Of a DNA stretch of 64,000 nucleotides, positions 49,115 through 59,023 are shown in pieces. The DNA is from Candidatus Bathyarchaeia archaeon (GTDB lineage Archaea; Thermoproteota; Bathyarchaeia; Bathyarchaeales; Bathycorpusculaceae): contig JBEKOM010000001.1 in assembly GCA_049521795.1 (NCBI GenBank), forward strand, positions 160,001 through 224,000, in the 5' to 3' direction. Numbering within the stretch: the first letter of the stretch is position 1; each line of letters begins with the position of its first letter. The translations under genes were made by a program, and so were the position numbers. The notes under the pieces were generated by a model. The model had not been told where the DNA came from. It made no database searches and was given only the letters and a program-made list of their open reading frames with translations.

Positions 49115-51061
49115 ATGGCTTGCAGGGACGAAGAGCAGACAGAGGCTTACAAAGGAACGAACAGACAGAAGTGGATGTTGCTCGCTGTAGCCTTGGGTCT
49201 GACTATGCTAGCAACGACTTTGCTTGATCTCTTGTTTCATGGAATTCCGTTGGGCTTCAGCTTGCCTTTGCTCAACGAGCCTGCAACGATGTCAAGGATA
49301 ACGTACTATTTGGCAATCATTAGCGCAGGCGTGTTCGTAGGGCTCTTAGCGTTAAAAGAGCTGGTTGCCGAGAAGAGGTTCTCGGTCGAGTTTCTAATGT
49401 CAGCAGCCGCGTTTGGCGCTGCTTATCTGGGTTTTCTCTTCGAAGCTGTGACAGTGCTTTTTCTTTACGCGTTAGCCGAATATTTTGAGGGTTTTATCGA
49501 GGACAGGGCTCGAAAAACGATTGAGAGGCTTTCGCAGTTTATGCCGGATAAGGCAACAGTGCTAGTCGGTGGCGCTGAGACGAGCGTCGGCGTGAAGGAA
49601 GTTCAGCCAGGTATGATTGTCCTTCTGAAGCCCGGCGAGAGGATCCCCCTCGACGGGGTTGTGGTTGATGGCAACTCTTCTGTTGATCAGTCGCTCATCA
49701 CAGGGGAATCAGTTCCCATGACAAAGGCGGCCAATGATTGCGTCTACGCGGGCACGTTGAACTTGAGCGGTGTTCTTAAGGTCCTTGTAAAGACTGGGTC
49801 TCAAGACACTTTGGCTTCAAGGATTGGCAAGCTTGTTATCGAATCTAGGAAAAGAAAGGCATCCGTCGAAAAACTAGTTGACAAGTTTGCCCGCATCTAC
49901 ATCCCGATAGTCATATCCTTAGCTGTCCTGACGGCGCTGGTGTTTCCCAGAGTTTTTGGCGGGCCATTCGAAACCTGGCTCTACAGATCCTTAACGCTTC
50001 TGGTGATCTCATGCCCGAGCGCATTCATAATCTCGGTTCCAGCAACCATTTTCACGGCAGTAACGATTGCCGCGAGAAAAGGAGTGATCGTCAAGGGCGG
50101 CGTCTACATCGAAAAATTGGCCAAGGTCAAGTCGGTTGTTTTCGACAAGACTGGAACGCTGACCTTCGGCGAGCCCACAGTGCACAACGTGAACGACGTT
50201 GAGCATGCAGGGTCGCGTGCCCTGATGTACGCTGCTGCCCTCGAACAGTATTCTCACCATCCTCTTGCTCGGACCATCGTGAGAAAAGCAGCTGAGCGCA
50301 ACCTGGATTTAAGTAAACTGGAAGTTAGGGAAGTGAAGGAGGTTCCAGGCAAGGGGCTCATCGGCTACGTTGGTGATGCTCACGTGGCCGTCGGAAACAT
50401 GGAACTGATGGAAGAAAACGTCTGCAACTGTGACCAGATAACTGAGCTCTACGAGAACGATAAACACACGTTCATGTGCGTATCGATTGACAGGTCTGCC
50501 GTGGCAACCATCTGCGTGACTGATGAAGTTCGAAACGATGCTGTTGAAACAGTAGAAGCTTTGAAGAGAGCTGGTATCCACACGGCGATGCTGACTGGAG
50601 ACAAGACCGAGATCGCCAATGAAATCTCTGCGAGACTTGGAATGAATGAGGTCCATGCAGAGCTTCTTCCAGAAGACAAGCTAAGAGTTCTGAGTCAGAT
50701 AAGAGCCAAGCATGGACAGGTGGCAATGGTGGGCGACGGGGTTAATGATGCTCCGGCGCTGGCAGCCGCTGACGTGGGCATTGCAATGGGAGGCAGGGGA
50801 GTCGATGTTGCTCTGGAGTCTGCTGACGTTGTTCTCGTCAAAGACAAGCTGAGCCAGATTCCATACATGATAAAGTTAAGCGATAAGACCGTCAAGATCG
50901 CAAAACAGAACATTGCTGCGTCCATTGCCGTTAAGGTGGTCTTGGGTGCGCTGGGACTGATCGGCTTGACTCCGTTGTGGTTTGCAGTAGCCTCAGGCGA
51001 CGACGGTTTAACACTCTTAGTGCTTCTGAACACCTTACGCCTGAAGCGCGTAAATGTCTAG
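49115..51061 (+). CDS. Heavy-metal P1B-type ATPase (CPS variant, no N-terminal HMA domain)
   Basis: [40 protein letters not shown]. Confidence 0.92.
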   Translation: MACRDEEQTEAYKGTNRQKWMLLAVALGLTMLATTLLDLLFHGIPLGFSLPLLNEPATMSRITYYLAIISAGVFVGLLALKELVAEKRFSVEFLMSAAAFGAAYLGFLFEAVTVLFLYALAEYFEGFIEDRARKTIERLSQFMPDKATVLVGGAETSVGVKEVQPGMIVLLKPGERIPLDGVVVDGNSSVDQSLITGESVPMTKAANDCVYAGTLNLSGVLKVLVKTGSQDTLASRIGKLVIESRKRKASVEKLVDKFARIYIPIVISLAVLTALVFPRVFGGPFETWLYRSLTLLVISCPSAFIISVPATIFTAVTIAARKGVIVKGGVYIEKLAKVKSVVFDKTGTLTFGEPTVHNVNDVEHAGSRALMYAAALEQYSHHPLARTIVRKAAERNLDLSKLEVREVKEVPGKGLIGYVGDAHVAVGNMELMEENVCNCDQITELYENDKHTFMCVSIDRSAVATICVTDEVRNDAVETVEALKRAGIHTAMLTGDKTEIANEISARLGMNEVHAELLPEDKLRVLSQIRAKHGQVAMVGDGVNDAPALAAADVGIAMGGRGVDVALESADVVLVKDKLSQIPYMIKLSDKTVKIAKQNIAASIAVKVVLGALGLIGLTPLWFAVASGDDGLTLLVLLNTLRLKRVNV

Positions 51062-51134
51062 CACAAGCAAGTCCTCCTTTCTTCGCGGTGTCCGGCGCAA
51101 GTTGTCGTGGCAACGCTAGTTAGGTTGAGGCAAA

Positions 51135-51881
51135 TCAGTTTGCGAGTTCCACGATTTTCATCAAGTAATCGGTCAGGTTTTCCTCAAATTCTTTCTCCGT
51201 CGGATTTTCTTTTAGATTCGTCATGAAGTCTTTGAGGTAGGCGAATCCTTCTTTCATCCGCGAGTTCGTTTGAGATAGGAATTTTTGAGCCTTGTTTTCT
51301 GCTTGGTCGTTAACGTCTGGTACGCCGTGCCTTATCATGTTGCTCAGAGCAAAACAGTTGTCCACCAGTATGCCTATGTTCAGCCACACACTCTTGACGC
51401 TTCTGGAGTCTAAGGGTTTGTCATTTATCCAGGTCAAAAAGAAATTGAAAGCTTCGTCAAGAGTAAATGACCCACTAAGGCTGAAAGCTCGAAAGGCCAC
51501 ATCGTCAGCGTACAAGTCTTGCACATGATTGATTGCCTGTTGAATGACTGCGATCTGATAGTCTTTGGTCAAATGGCTTTTCTCCAAAACGGACTTTTCA
51601 ACCCTGTTCAACAATTCATGATTGTGAGATGGATGGTTCGTGTTGATTCTGTAGATATGAGACATTTCATGTACTAGCAGTCCCTCAACCACGCTGGACG
51701 CTAACGCTCTACCTGAAATCACAATGACGTCGCCGCCGTCTCTCTTCGTTGAGTACCCCATGAATGACAACTTGGGATCGACAAAGACTTTTAGGCTATC
51801 CGAAATCTCGAAACCCGCATCCTTCATAATCTTCAACGCGCGGCGTATCGCCTTATTTGGGACAACCTTTTCGGAAGACAA
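51135..51881 (-). CDS. HExxH zincin-like protein (DUF5781-like)
   Basis: LLVHEMSHIYR...HPSH...DLYADD. Confidence 0.7.
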   Translation of the reverse strand: MSSEKVVPNKAIRRALKIMKDAGFEISDSLKVFVDPKLSFMGYSTKRDGGDVIVISGRALASSVVEGLLVHEMSHIYRINTNHPSHNHELLNRVEKSVLEKSHLTKDYQIAVIQQAINHVQDLYADDVAFRAFSLSGSFTLDEAFNFFLTWINDKPLDSRSVKSVWLNIGILVDNCFALSNMIRHGVPDVNDQAENKAQKFLSQTNSRMKEGFAYLKDFMTNLKENPTEKEFEENLTDYLMKIVELAN

Positions 51882-52213
51882 CCTTCAGATCACTGAACCT
51901 GTGGTCCGCGCTTCTACGGACTCGTGTTCTGCACTCTCTGAATTTATAATGATTCTTACAAAAAAAGGATGCGTGCACAGACGCGGGATTTTGGCTCGAA
52001 ATGATGGAAATATCCTGTGCAATTCTTTCTGTTAGCAGACCTCGCAGGTTCGTCTTCTGCTAGTTCCAGTGTTCTCGCAGGAGTATGCGGAAGGAAAGTT
52101 GCGAAGTTGAGCTGGCGCTAATATGTGGTAGCGGGGAGGGAAAAGGACGGAGCGGTCTGGGCGGTGGAAGATGTGAGGGTTCCAGTTCGGTCTCCGAATT
52201 CATTGAGAACCTC

Positions 52214-53143
52214 TCACTCATCTTCTTCACCCCCAGCAGTGCTTGGAATCACGGTGAGCTCCATCAGTTTCTCTCCGCGGAGGATCGAGAGTTTCGTCTT
52301 TTTTCCGATTACATTTTCGGTCAGAAGTGTCGGAAGGTCGTAGAAGTTTGTCACGGGACTTTCGTTGAACTTCAGTATCACGTCGCCCATTGCTAGACCG
52401 GCCTTTTTCGCTGGTGTACCCTGCTCGACTGAGAAAACCATGACTCCTGCATTCTGGTTGATACCTGATTGACTCGCGATTTCCTGCGGGATTGAAACAG
52501 TGTTTGACACTATGCCCAAGTATGCTCTTTTGATCTTTCCTCCGGTCATAAGCCTGTCGACGGTGCCTTTCACCTTGTTGACTGGAATCGCAATGCCACG
52601 AGACCAGATGAAGGCTGTGTTGAGACCTATCATTTTGCCGGAAACGTCGACCAGCGGTCCGCCTGAAAAGCCTGGATTGAGTCTAGCATCGGTGGCTATC
52701 ACATCCTCCATCGCTGTTCCTCTCCACCCTCTGAGCGTGCTACCCACGTTTGTGATTATGCCGGTGGTTGCGCTTGGCTGTCTGTTGAACGGGTTGGCTA
52801 GGGCCAGAACGAACTGGCCTGTGCTCAGTCTTTCGGAATCGCCGAGTTCTATCGGTTTGAAGACTGACTGTTCTGCCTTGAGCAGTGCTATGTCGGAATA
52901 GGGGTCAACGCCTACTGTCTTGGCTTCAAAGATTCTTTCTCCAGAGCCGATTCTGACGGACGCGCTTCTTCCGAGAACATGGTTGCACGTCACTATATAG
53001 CCCTCTGAACCGAAGACGACGCCTGTGCCTCTTGTCATCGTCGTGTTCACGCTGACCAAGGAAGGCGTGAGTTTACGCACGAGTTCAGTAGTAGCGTCAG
53101 AAAGCGACTTCAACACCTGCAAAGGATTAATTGACTGACTCAT
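52214..53143 (-). CDS. HtrA/DegP-type S1C serine protease with PDZ domain, no signal peptide
   Basis: IVTCNHV (His), SDIALL (Asp), NPGFSGGPL (Ser), AYLGI...PAKKAGL PDZ. Confidence 0.92.
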   Translation of the reverse strand: MSQSINPLQVLKSLSDATTELVRKLTPSLVSVNTTMTRGTGVVFGSEGYIVTCNHVLGRSASVRIGSGERIFEAKTVGVDPYSDIALLKAEQSVFKPIELGDSERLSTGQFVLALANPFNRQPSATTGIITNVGSTLRGWRGTAMEDVIATDARLNPGFSGGPLVDVSGKMIGLNTAFIWSRGIAIPVNKVKGTVDRLMTGGKIKRAYLGIVSNTVSIPQEIASQSGINQNAGVMVFSVEQGTPAKKAGLAMGDVILKFNESPVTNFYDLPTLLTENVIGKKTKLSILRGEKLMELTVIPSTAGGEEDE

Positions 53144-53213
53144 ACTTTTTCACCTCAAAGATGAGAAGCCAGCGTCGTATTTGTTGACTAAGGAAAGCAG
53201 AAAGTCGGTCACA

Positions 53214-53855
53214 CTACGCTGGCGTCAGATGCACGTCGAAATCGCCAAAATAAGCTACGCGTCTGATCAACCGCGAGCTTGAACAGAGTTTACCTATGTA
53301 AGTCACAAGCTGATAAGAGGCTCTCAAAGCCATGTTCAAGTCCTTATCATGCAAGAACTTGGCCTCAATCGTGAGCGCTCTATCCGATATGTTAGCGTCA
53401 ACTTGAATGCCGCCATCTTCTGTGATCCACTTCAAAATGACCTCTTCGCGGCCTTTCTTTTCTGAGCTGCCTAACCAACGAAGCAAACCGAACCATCTTC
53501 CCATCAGTTGCGAGGCCAGATTTTGAACTGACATGTCGGAAGGCAGAAATGTCTGAAGCAGAGGGACACGAGACTGATCGCTGCAGACCGGATGTGGTCC
53601 TAGAAGTTCATCAATCTTCGGCGTAACCCTGTAACCTCCCTGCCCCTTCTCCACTATGCCTCCCTGCTCTAACCTGCTAAGGATTCTGGAAAGTGTCTCA
53701 GGATGCAGACCCATTCTTCTCTTAAGCCCATCGAACGTAAACAGGGCCAAGTCCTCTTCGCTTATCAAGTTAAGAACGTCGGCGTCTCGTTCACTGAACG
53801 AAGACTCATCGATGTCGTGCCAGTCAGCATTCAAGGTTGGCGTTGCCACCTTCAT
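53214..53855 (-). CDS. Winged-helix domain protein
   Basis: FTFDGLKRRMGLHPETLSRILSRLEQGGIVEK..GYRV. Confidence 0.7.
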   Translation of the reverse strand: MKVATPTLNADWHDIDESSFSERDADVLNLISEEDLALFTFDGLKRRMGLHPETLSRILSRLEQGGIVEKGQGGYRVTPKIDELLGPHPVCSDQSRVPLLQTFLPSDMSVQNLASQLMGRWFGLLRWLGSSEKKGREEVILKWITEDGGIQVDANISDRALTIEAKFLHDKDLNMALRASYQLVTYIGKLCSSSRLIRRVAYFGDFDVHLTPA

Positions 53856-53899
53856 GAGTTAATTCATAGGAAATTTCCAATCAGACTTCTCCATTACGA

Positions 53900-55006
53900 T
53901 TATGCGATACCTATAGTGTTGCCTACGCCGACGACGATGACCGTGTCTCCTTCCTTGGTTCGTTCTTGGATAATGCTTCCGAGTCTCGAAATCACGCTGT
54001 CAGCGGCGTGAGAGACTTTCTCTGTGATCGGTGCTAACACTTCTTTCAGCGATTCCTTGATGACTATGGCGTAGATCGGGATCTTGCACTTGGTGGCTAC
54101 TTCTTCTATCTTGTACTTGTCAACGCCGATCCCGCCTATTGCGGCCCCTACGCCCTCTGCGATGTCCCCTGAGTCTTCACCCTCCAGTTTGAGACCAGCG
54201 TCAATCATTACGATCAGGGACACCTTTTCGTTGTTTGCCTCAATCAGACTGCTCACGGCGTCTCCTGACTTTCCGACGGTTCCACCAGGACCTTTAGCCT
54301 TTGTGACAATGACTCGTCTGCCGTCAAGTGTTGTTTCTGCCGCTATCATGTCTTTGGCCGCTTCAAACTTTTCGTGATCAGCCATGAGTTTTGATGCTGT
54401 CAAGGCGCCTATGCCGTCGCCGACCGGTGTGCCCTGTTTGAAAGCGTCCAGAAAAGAGATGTATGCTTCGGCTTCTTCCATGATCGTCGGCAGTTGCATT
54501 TGAATTTGCAAATTGCTGTAGAGTGTCCCGTCCTTTTTTCCTAGCAGGTAGTAATGGCGCACGACGCGATACATGTTGTTCAAAGCCTGTGTAGCTTCTA
54601 CGAGGTTCTGCAGATTCTCAAGTTGAACTTCGTCAGCGTGCGGCGCGATTGCTTTTACCTCGTTTTTGATTCGGATGTCTGCGGTGTCAAGAACGTGTTC
54701 GAGTCTATGGACAACTCCAGATGGGTCCATGCTGACAGGTTCAACGGTGAAGAACTGAAGGAGCGATTCCAGCCGGGGCGTTGGGTCCTTTTCAGGGCTG
54801 CCCACTTCGCTGATCGCCGAGATCACTGTTTGTTTAGCTTTGTCTCTCATGTTCCTTAGCTTGATCAGAGCTCTAGATATCTGACGCGACATTAGACCGG
54901 CTTGTATCCTTTGAGAGAAAAACAAGAAGATAAAGAACGTAAGCAGAGAAACCACGTTCACTATTGCGCCGATGAAGCTTGAATCTGGAATCAAGGACAC
55001 CTTCAC
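53900..55006 (-). CDS. DUF1512 family membrane protein
   Basis: N-terminal TM; PVSMDPSG, VVRHYY, PVGDGIG, GPGGTVG, IDAGLKLEGE, GVGNTIG. Confidence 0.85.
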   Translation of the reverse strand: MKVSLIPDSSFIGAIVNVVSLLTFFIFLFFSQRIQAGLMSRQISRALIKLRNMRDKAKQTVISAISEVGSPEKDPTPRLESLLQFFTVEPVSMDPSGVVHRLEHVLDTADIRIKNEVKAIAPHADEVQLENLQNLVEATQALNNMYRVVRHYYLLGKKDGTLYSNLQIQMQLPTIMEEAEAYISFLDAFKQGTPVGDGIGALTASKLMADHEKFEAAKDMIAAETTLDGRRVIVTKAKGPGGTVGKSGDAVSSLIEANNEKVSLIVMIDAGLKLEGEDSGDIAEGVGAAIGGIGVDKYKIEEVATKCKIPIYAIVIKESLKEVLAPITEKVSHAADSVISRLGSIIQERTKEGDTVIVVGVGNTIGIA

Positions 55007-55611
55007 CGCCTCCTTCCATGAACAGCCTTGCCCATTGCTTCTGTTCTCTTCGGCTCCTCTAGCTGCGTCAGTCTTCTGTTGATTGCCCCAAGCTCTTTTT
55101 GCAGCTCCTTCATCATACCTTCAATCTGTGCTCGCTTGCCCTCTAACACGCTGGTCGTATCTTCAGGTTTTCTCTTCCTCTCTTCAAGAAAGACTGAGAA
55201 AAAGTTCGGTATCCTCGGCACTGGAATCGGGTTCATTCGTATGTCCAACACGTCTTTCATAAAGTCTCTGAACAAGTCGCTCATGCTGTTGGCGATCTGA
55301 CTCTCTTTGCCAAGGGCTCGCTGGAGAACCAGCTCGCCCGTCCCCGTGACCTTGTACGTTTTTCGTCTTCTCTTCTTTTGAACATCCCATTCTCCCTCTA
55401 TGTACCGGGACTTTTCCAAGTTTTGAAGTATGGGATAGATGCCGCCAGCCGTCGGTCTCCAGAAGCCCCCGGTCCTCTCTTTGATCTCTCTCATTATTTC
55501 GTAGCCGTGATATGGCTTCTTGCTTAGAAGAATCAGAACCGCAATTCGGATGTAGCCCTTCTGGGTTTCCTTAAGCCAATGCGCAGCCGTTTTCTCTTCT
55601 TCCGAGATCAT
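55003..55611 (-). CDS. PadR family transcriptional regulator with C-terminal coiled coil
   Basis: KGYIRIAVLILL..PYHGYEIM...PTAGGIYPIL...RKTYKVT. Confidence 0.9.
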   Translation of the reverse strand: MISEEEKTAAHWLKETQKGYIRIAVLILLSKKPYHGYEIMREIKERTGGFWRPTAGGIYPILQNLEKSRYIEGEWDVQKKRRRKTYKVTGTGELVLQRALGKESQIANSMSDLFRDFMKDVLDIRMNPIPVPRIPNFFSVFLEERKRKPEDTTSVLEGKRAQIEGMMKELQKELGAINRRLTQLEEPKRTEAMGKAVHGRRR

Positions 55612-55716
55612 CGTCTTTCAGCCATACTGCATGTAATCGGAATATTTATATTTTACTTCGATATATTGCGTTCCGTAATATATGAACATCATTTCACACT
55701 GAGGAGGATGCATGAA

Positions 55717-58134
55717 ATGGTAAACGAGCTGTCTGCAGAAAGGCTGAGAAGAGAATGCGACCCTAATCTTTTGCATTGTGAGACGACGCAGGAGCTAGTC
55801 CCCCTTCAAGAAATTATTGGCCAGGAAAGGGCTGTCAGAGCGCTCAAGTTCGGGTTAGGAATCAGGGAACGCGGATTTAACATCTATGTTGCGGGCCTCC
55901 CCGGAACAGGAAAGAAAACGGCCGTTAGAAACTTCTTGGAAGAAACGGCTCAAACCAAGCCGGTGCCCTCAGACTGGTGTTACGTGTACAACTTTCGCAA
56001 CCCGTACGAGCCTAAAGCCATGAGGCTCCCTCCGGGCAAAGGGAAACACTTTCGAGACGACATGACCACCTTCATCAATGAAGCATTGAGAATTCTGCCA
56101 AAATCCTTTGAAAGCGAGGATTACGGCGTAAGAAGAGCGAATACCGTTAAGACTGTTGAGGAGGAAAGGCAGAAACTCATCGGACAGCTTACGAAACGGG
56201 CCCAAGAGGAAGGTTTCATCCTTCAAGCGTCACCTGTGGGTTGGCTCATGATTCCAGTAATCAAAGGAAAACCTGTGAATGACGAAGAATTCATGAAATT
56301 AGACCAGAAAACTCGAGAGGGAATCGAGAAGAAGAGAGAACAGCTGAGCGAGCAATTCCTGAACGCCATGAGACAACTCAGAGAACTGGAGGGGAAAGCC
56401 GACGCAGAGCTCAAGAAATTAAACCACGAGGTTGCCCTCTTCGCCATCGGACACATAGTGACTGATTTGAAAGAAGAATTCAAGGATTTCCCTGATGTCG
56501 TCTCTCACGTAGAAAACGTACAGAATGACATCCTCGATAACCTATCCCGGTTCATAAAGGGTCCGGAAGAGCAACCGCAGACTCCTTTCCCAGTTCCTTG
56601 GATGAGAGAGACTCCATTCAGAAAGTACGAGGTAAACCTTCTCGTTGATAACTCGGATGTTAAGGGAGCTCCTGTGATAATGGAATCTAACCCCACTTAT
56701 CAGAACCTTTTTGGTCGAGTGGAAAAGGAGGCTCAGCTTGGAGCGCTTGTGACGGACTTCACCATGATCCGTGGGGGTTCCATACACAAGGCCAATGGCG
56801 GCTATCTGATTCTTCCAGTTGAAGAGCTATTGCGCAACCTTTTTTCATATGACAGCTTGAAAAGAGCGCTCAAGAACGAGCATATTGTCATCGAAGAGGC
56901 GGAAGAGCGTCTAGGCTTCATGAGCACTAAGAGCTTGAAACCTGAGCCCATTTCCTTGGATGTCAAGGTGATTCTCATTGGAGACCCCTACCTTTACCAA
57001 GAATTGTACATCTTGGACACGGAGTTTAACCAGCTCTTCAAGGTTAAGGCAGACTTTGATACGACGATGGATCGGACAGAAGAGAACATACAGCAATATG
57101 CAGCTTTTGTGTGCACGCTATGCCAGAAGGAGAATCTGAAACACCTCGATGGCTCAGCCCTAGCCAAATTGGTCGAACACAGCTCAAGATTGGCTGAAGA
57201 CCAGCAAAAACTCTCCACCAGGTTCGCTGAGGTCGCTGACATCATTCGCGAAGCCAACTTCTACGCGACACAAGATAACTCGGATTTCATGACTGGAACT
57301 CACGTGAAAAAAGCTATCGAAGAAAAGGTCTACCGTTCAAAATTGATTCAAGAGAAGATTCAAGAGATGATCAAGAGAGGGTTCCTCCTCATCGATACGG
57401 ACGCAGAGAATGTGGGTCAAGTCAATGGCCTTTCCGTGATAGGTCTGGGTGACTTCGACTTTGGCACTCCTTCGCGAGTAACGACCAGCGTGGGTCTGGG
57501 TCGAGAAGGCGTTATCGACATTGAAAGGGAGGCTAAGATGGGAGGACCGATCCACACAAAAGGGGTCCTTATTCTAAGCGGCTACCTCAATGAGAAGTAC
57601 GCGCAGGACAAGCCTCTCAGTCTCTCAGCCCGCCTTGTTTTTGAGCAGAACTATGAGGGAGTTGAGGGTGACAGCGCTTCAAGCACCGAACTCTACGCTA
57701 TACTTTCGGCCCTGTCTAACCTGCCTATAAAACAAAACATAGCCGTCACTGGCTCAGTGAACCAGAAGGGCGAGGTTCAAGCCATCGGCGGAGTGAACGA
57801 AAAAATCGAAGGCTTCTTCGAAGTCTGCAAGGCCAAAGGATTCACCGGCAAACAGGGAGTGATGATACCAGAGAGCAACGTGCAGAACCTGATGCTTAAA
57901 GAGGAAGTGGTGCAGGCAGCTCAACAAGGAAAATTCCACGTATACCCCGTCAAAAGCATCGATGAAGGAATAGAAATTTTGACAGGGGTCAAAGCCGGCC
58001 AAAGGCAAGAAGATGGATCTTTCGAGAAAGAAACTGTTAACTACAGAGTGGACAAACGACTCAGAGAAATGGCCGAAAAACTCAGAGAATTTCCACAGTA
58101 TTTCACTGAAGAAAAGAAGAAAACTGAGAGTTAG
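55717..58134 (+). CDS. Soluble Lon-like protease (LonC / AAA_32 type)
   Basis: Start probably ATG 55717 after GAGGAGG. IIGQERA, GLPGTGKKT, DWCYVYNF, HKANGGYL, EGDSAS (Ser), GGVNEKIEGFF (Lys); no TM insert. Confidence 0.9.
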   Translation: MVNELSAERLRRECDPNLLHCETTQELVPLQEIIGQERAVRALKFGLGIRERGFNIYVAGLPGTGKKTAVRNFLEETAQTKPVPSDWCYVYNFRNPYEPKAMRLPPGKGKHFRDDMTTFINEALRILPKSFESEDYGVRRANTVKTVEEERQKLIGQLTKRAQEEGFILQASPVGWLMIPVIKGKPVNDEEFMKLDQKTREGIEKKREQLSEQFLNAMRQLRELEGKADAELKKLNHEVALFAIGHIVTDLKEEFKDFPDVVSHVENVQNDILDNLSRFIKGPEEQPQTPFPVPWMRETPFRKYEVNLLVDNSDVKGAPVIMESNPTYQNLFGRVEKEAQLGALVTDFTMIRGGSIHKANGGYLILPVEELLRNLFSYDSLKRALKNEHIVIEEAEERLGFMSTKSLKPEPISLDVKVILIGDPYLYQELYILDTEFNQLFKVKADFDTTMDRTEENIQQYAAFVCTLCQKENLKHLDGSALAKLVEHSSRLAEDQQKLSTRFAEVADIIREANFYATQDNSDFMTGTHVKKAIEEKVYRSKLIQEKIQEMIKRGFLLIDTDAENVGQVNGLSVIGLGDFDFGTPSRVTTSVGLGREGVIDIEREAKMGGPIHTKGVLILSGYLNEKYAQDKPLSLSARLVFEQNYEGVEGDSASSTELYAILSALSNLPIKQNIAVTGSVNQKGEVQAIGGVNEKIEGFFEVCKAKGFTGKQGVMIPESNVQNLMLKEEVVQAAQQGKFHVYPVKSIDEGIEILTGVKAGQRQEDGSFEKETVNYRVDKRLREMAEKLREFPQYFTEEKKKTES

Positions 58135-58246
58135 CCACAGAAAAAAAATCGCGCCCGCCGAAGATTGTTGTTCGCTAGCAAAGGCTAGAATGACAAAAAC
58201 CGACGTCTCTGCCGCTAGTTCGGAAAATCTCCAAAAACCGCCGTGG

Positions 58247-58699
58247 CTATTCTATCTCTCTCGTTTTTGGAAAAGTCGCCTTCATTTTCTTAATGAATTT
58301 GTTTTCGAAATCAAGGGCTTCCATCGTGTCGGTAATCTCTTCCACATCCTCGTCAGAGGCGTATTCAACGGGTTTTCCGGTCAGTTCGTCGAGTGCGAGC
58401 CCGCACGAGTATATGATGATCCCTTCTTCTGATGGCGAGATCACTACGTGCACGCCTGACCTCTGCGCCGCTTTAATGTACTGTTGCAGACTGAATGGAT
58501 ACAGCAGGGTTCTCAGTGTCAGCGGCACCAGCGCGCCTTCCCGAGCCAGCAGGGTTTCGCTGGCTTCTTTGGTTTTCTCTTCTTTCATCACCTTTAAGCC
58601 CATTTCTTTGAAGGCTTTTCGACAGGCCAAAGCCACATCGTCGACCTTGGCTTCTGGAATTAACAGCTTTCTTTCCAAACACACAGCATCATGTGCCAT
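58247..58699 (-). CDS. Hypothetical protein
   Basis: 150-aa ORF preceded by a GTGAGG RBS, with natural composition; no recognised motif. Confidence 0.55.
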   Translation of the reverse strand: MAHDAVCLERKLLIPEAKVDDVALACRKAFKEMGLKVMKEEKTKEASETLLAREGALVPLTLRTLLYPFSLQQYIKAAQRSGVHVVISPSEEGIIIYSCGLALDELTGKPVEYASDEDVEEITDTMEALDFENKFIKKMKATFPKTREIE

Positions 58700-58887
58700 T
58701 CGAGGACCTCACAGCCAATGACTTCTCGCTTTCTTATTACGCTTTCCGGGCGTGAGGAATTATTAGATGAGTACACCTAGTTCAGGTTCCCAGTTCGTGC
58801 AATTGCGAGTGGCTCAAGATCAAAGCTTCTTTGGAACCGAGGAATGTAATTCGATAACCGAAGTTGGCAAACGATGATCAAGCAACA

Positions 58888-58986
58888 TTGGCATTAGTCT
58901 TCGACGTAAGGGTCAGCGCAATCTTTGCACTTTACGCAGCTTGGCGTGCTTCAATGCTTAAACCAGTAGAAACCCTAAGATACAAG
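58888..58986 (+). pseudogene. Remnant of the C-terminus of a MacB/FtsX-type ABC permease
   Basis: Translates LALVFDVRVSAIFALYAAWRASMLKPVETLRYK, matching the conserved ...FALYPAWRASxLxPVEALRYE permease end. No full-length ORF is present. Confidence 0.6.
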
Positions 58987-59023
58987 TACGACATGACCAA
59001 ACCGATCTAAGCACGCACAAAGG

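Noticed and set aside
55579-55716. N-terminal extension of the Lon ORF (similarly 38516-38614 and 28787-29077)
   Set aside because: These extensions overlap neighbouring genes or promoter regions; downstream starts with better RBS and domain boundaries were used.
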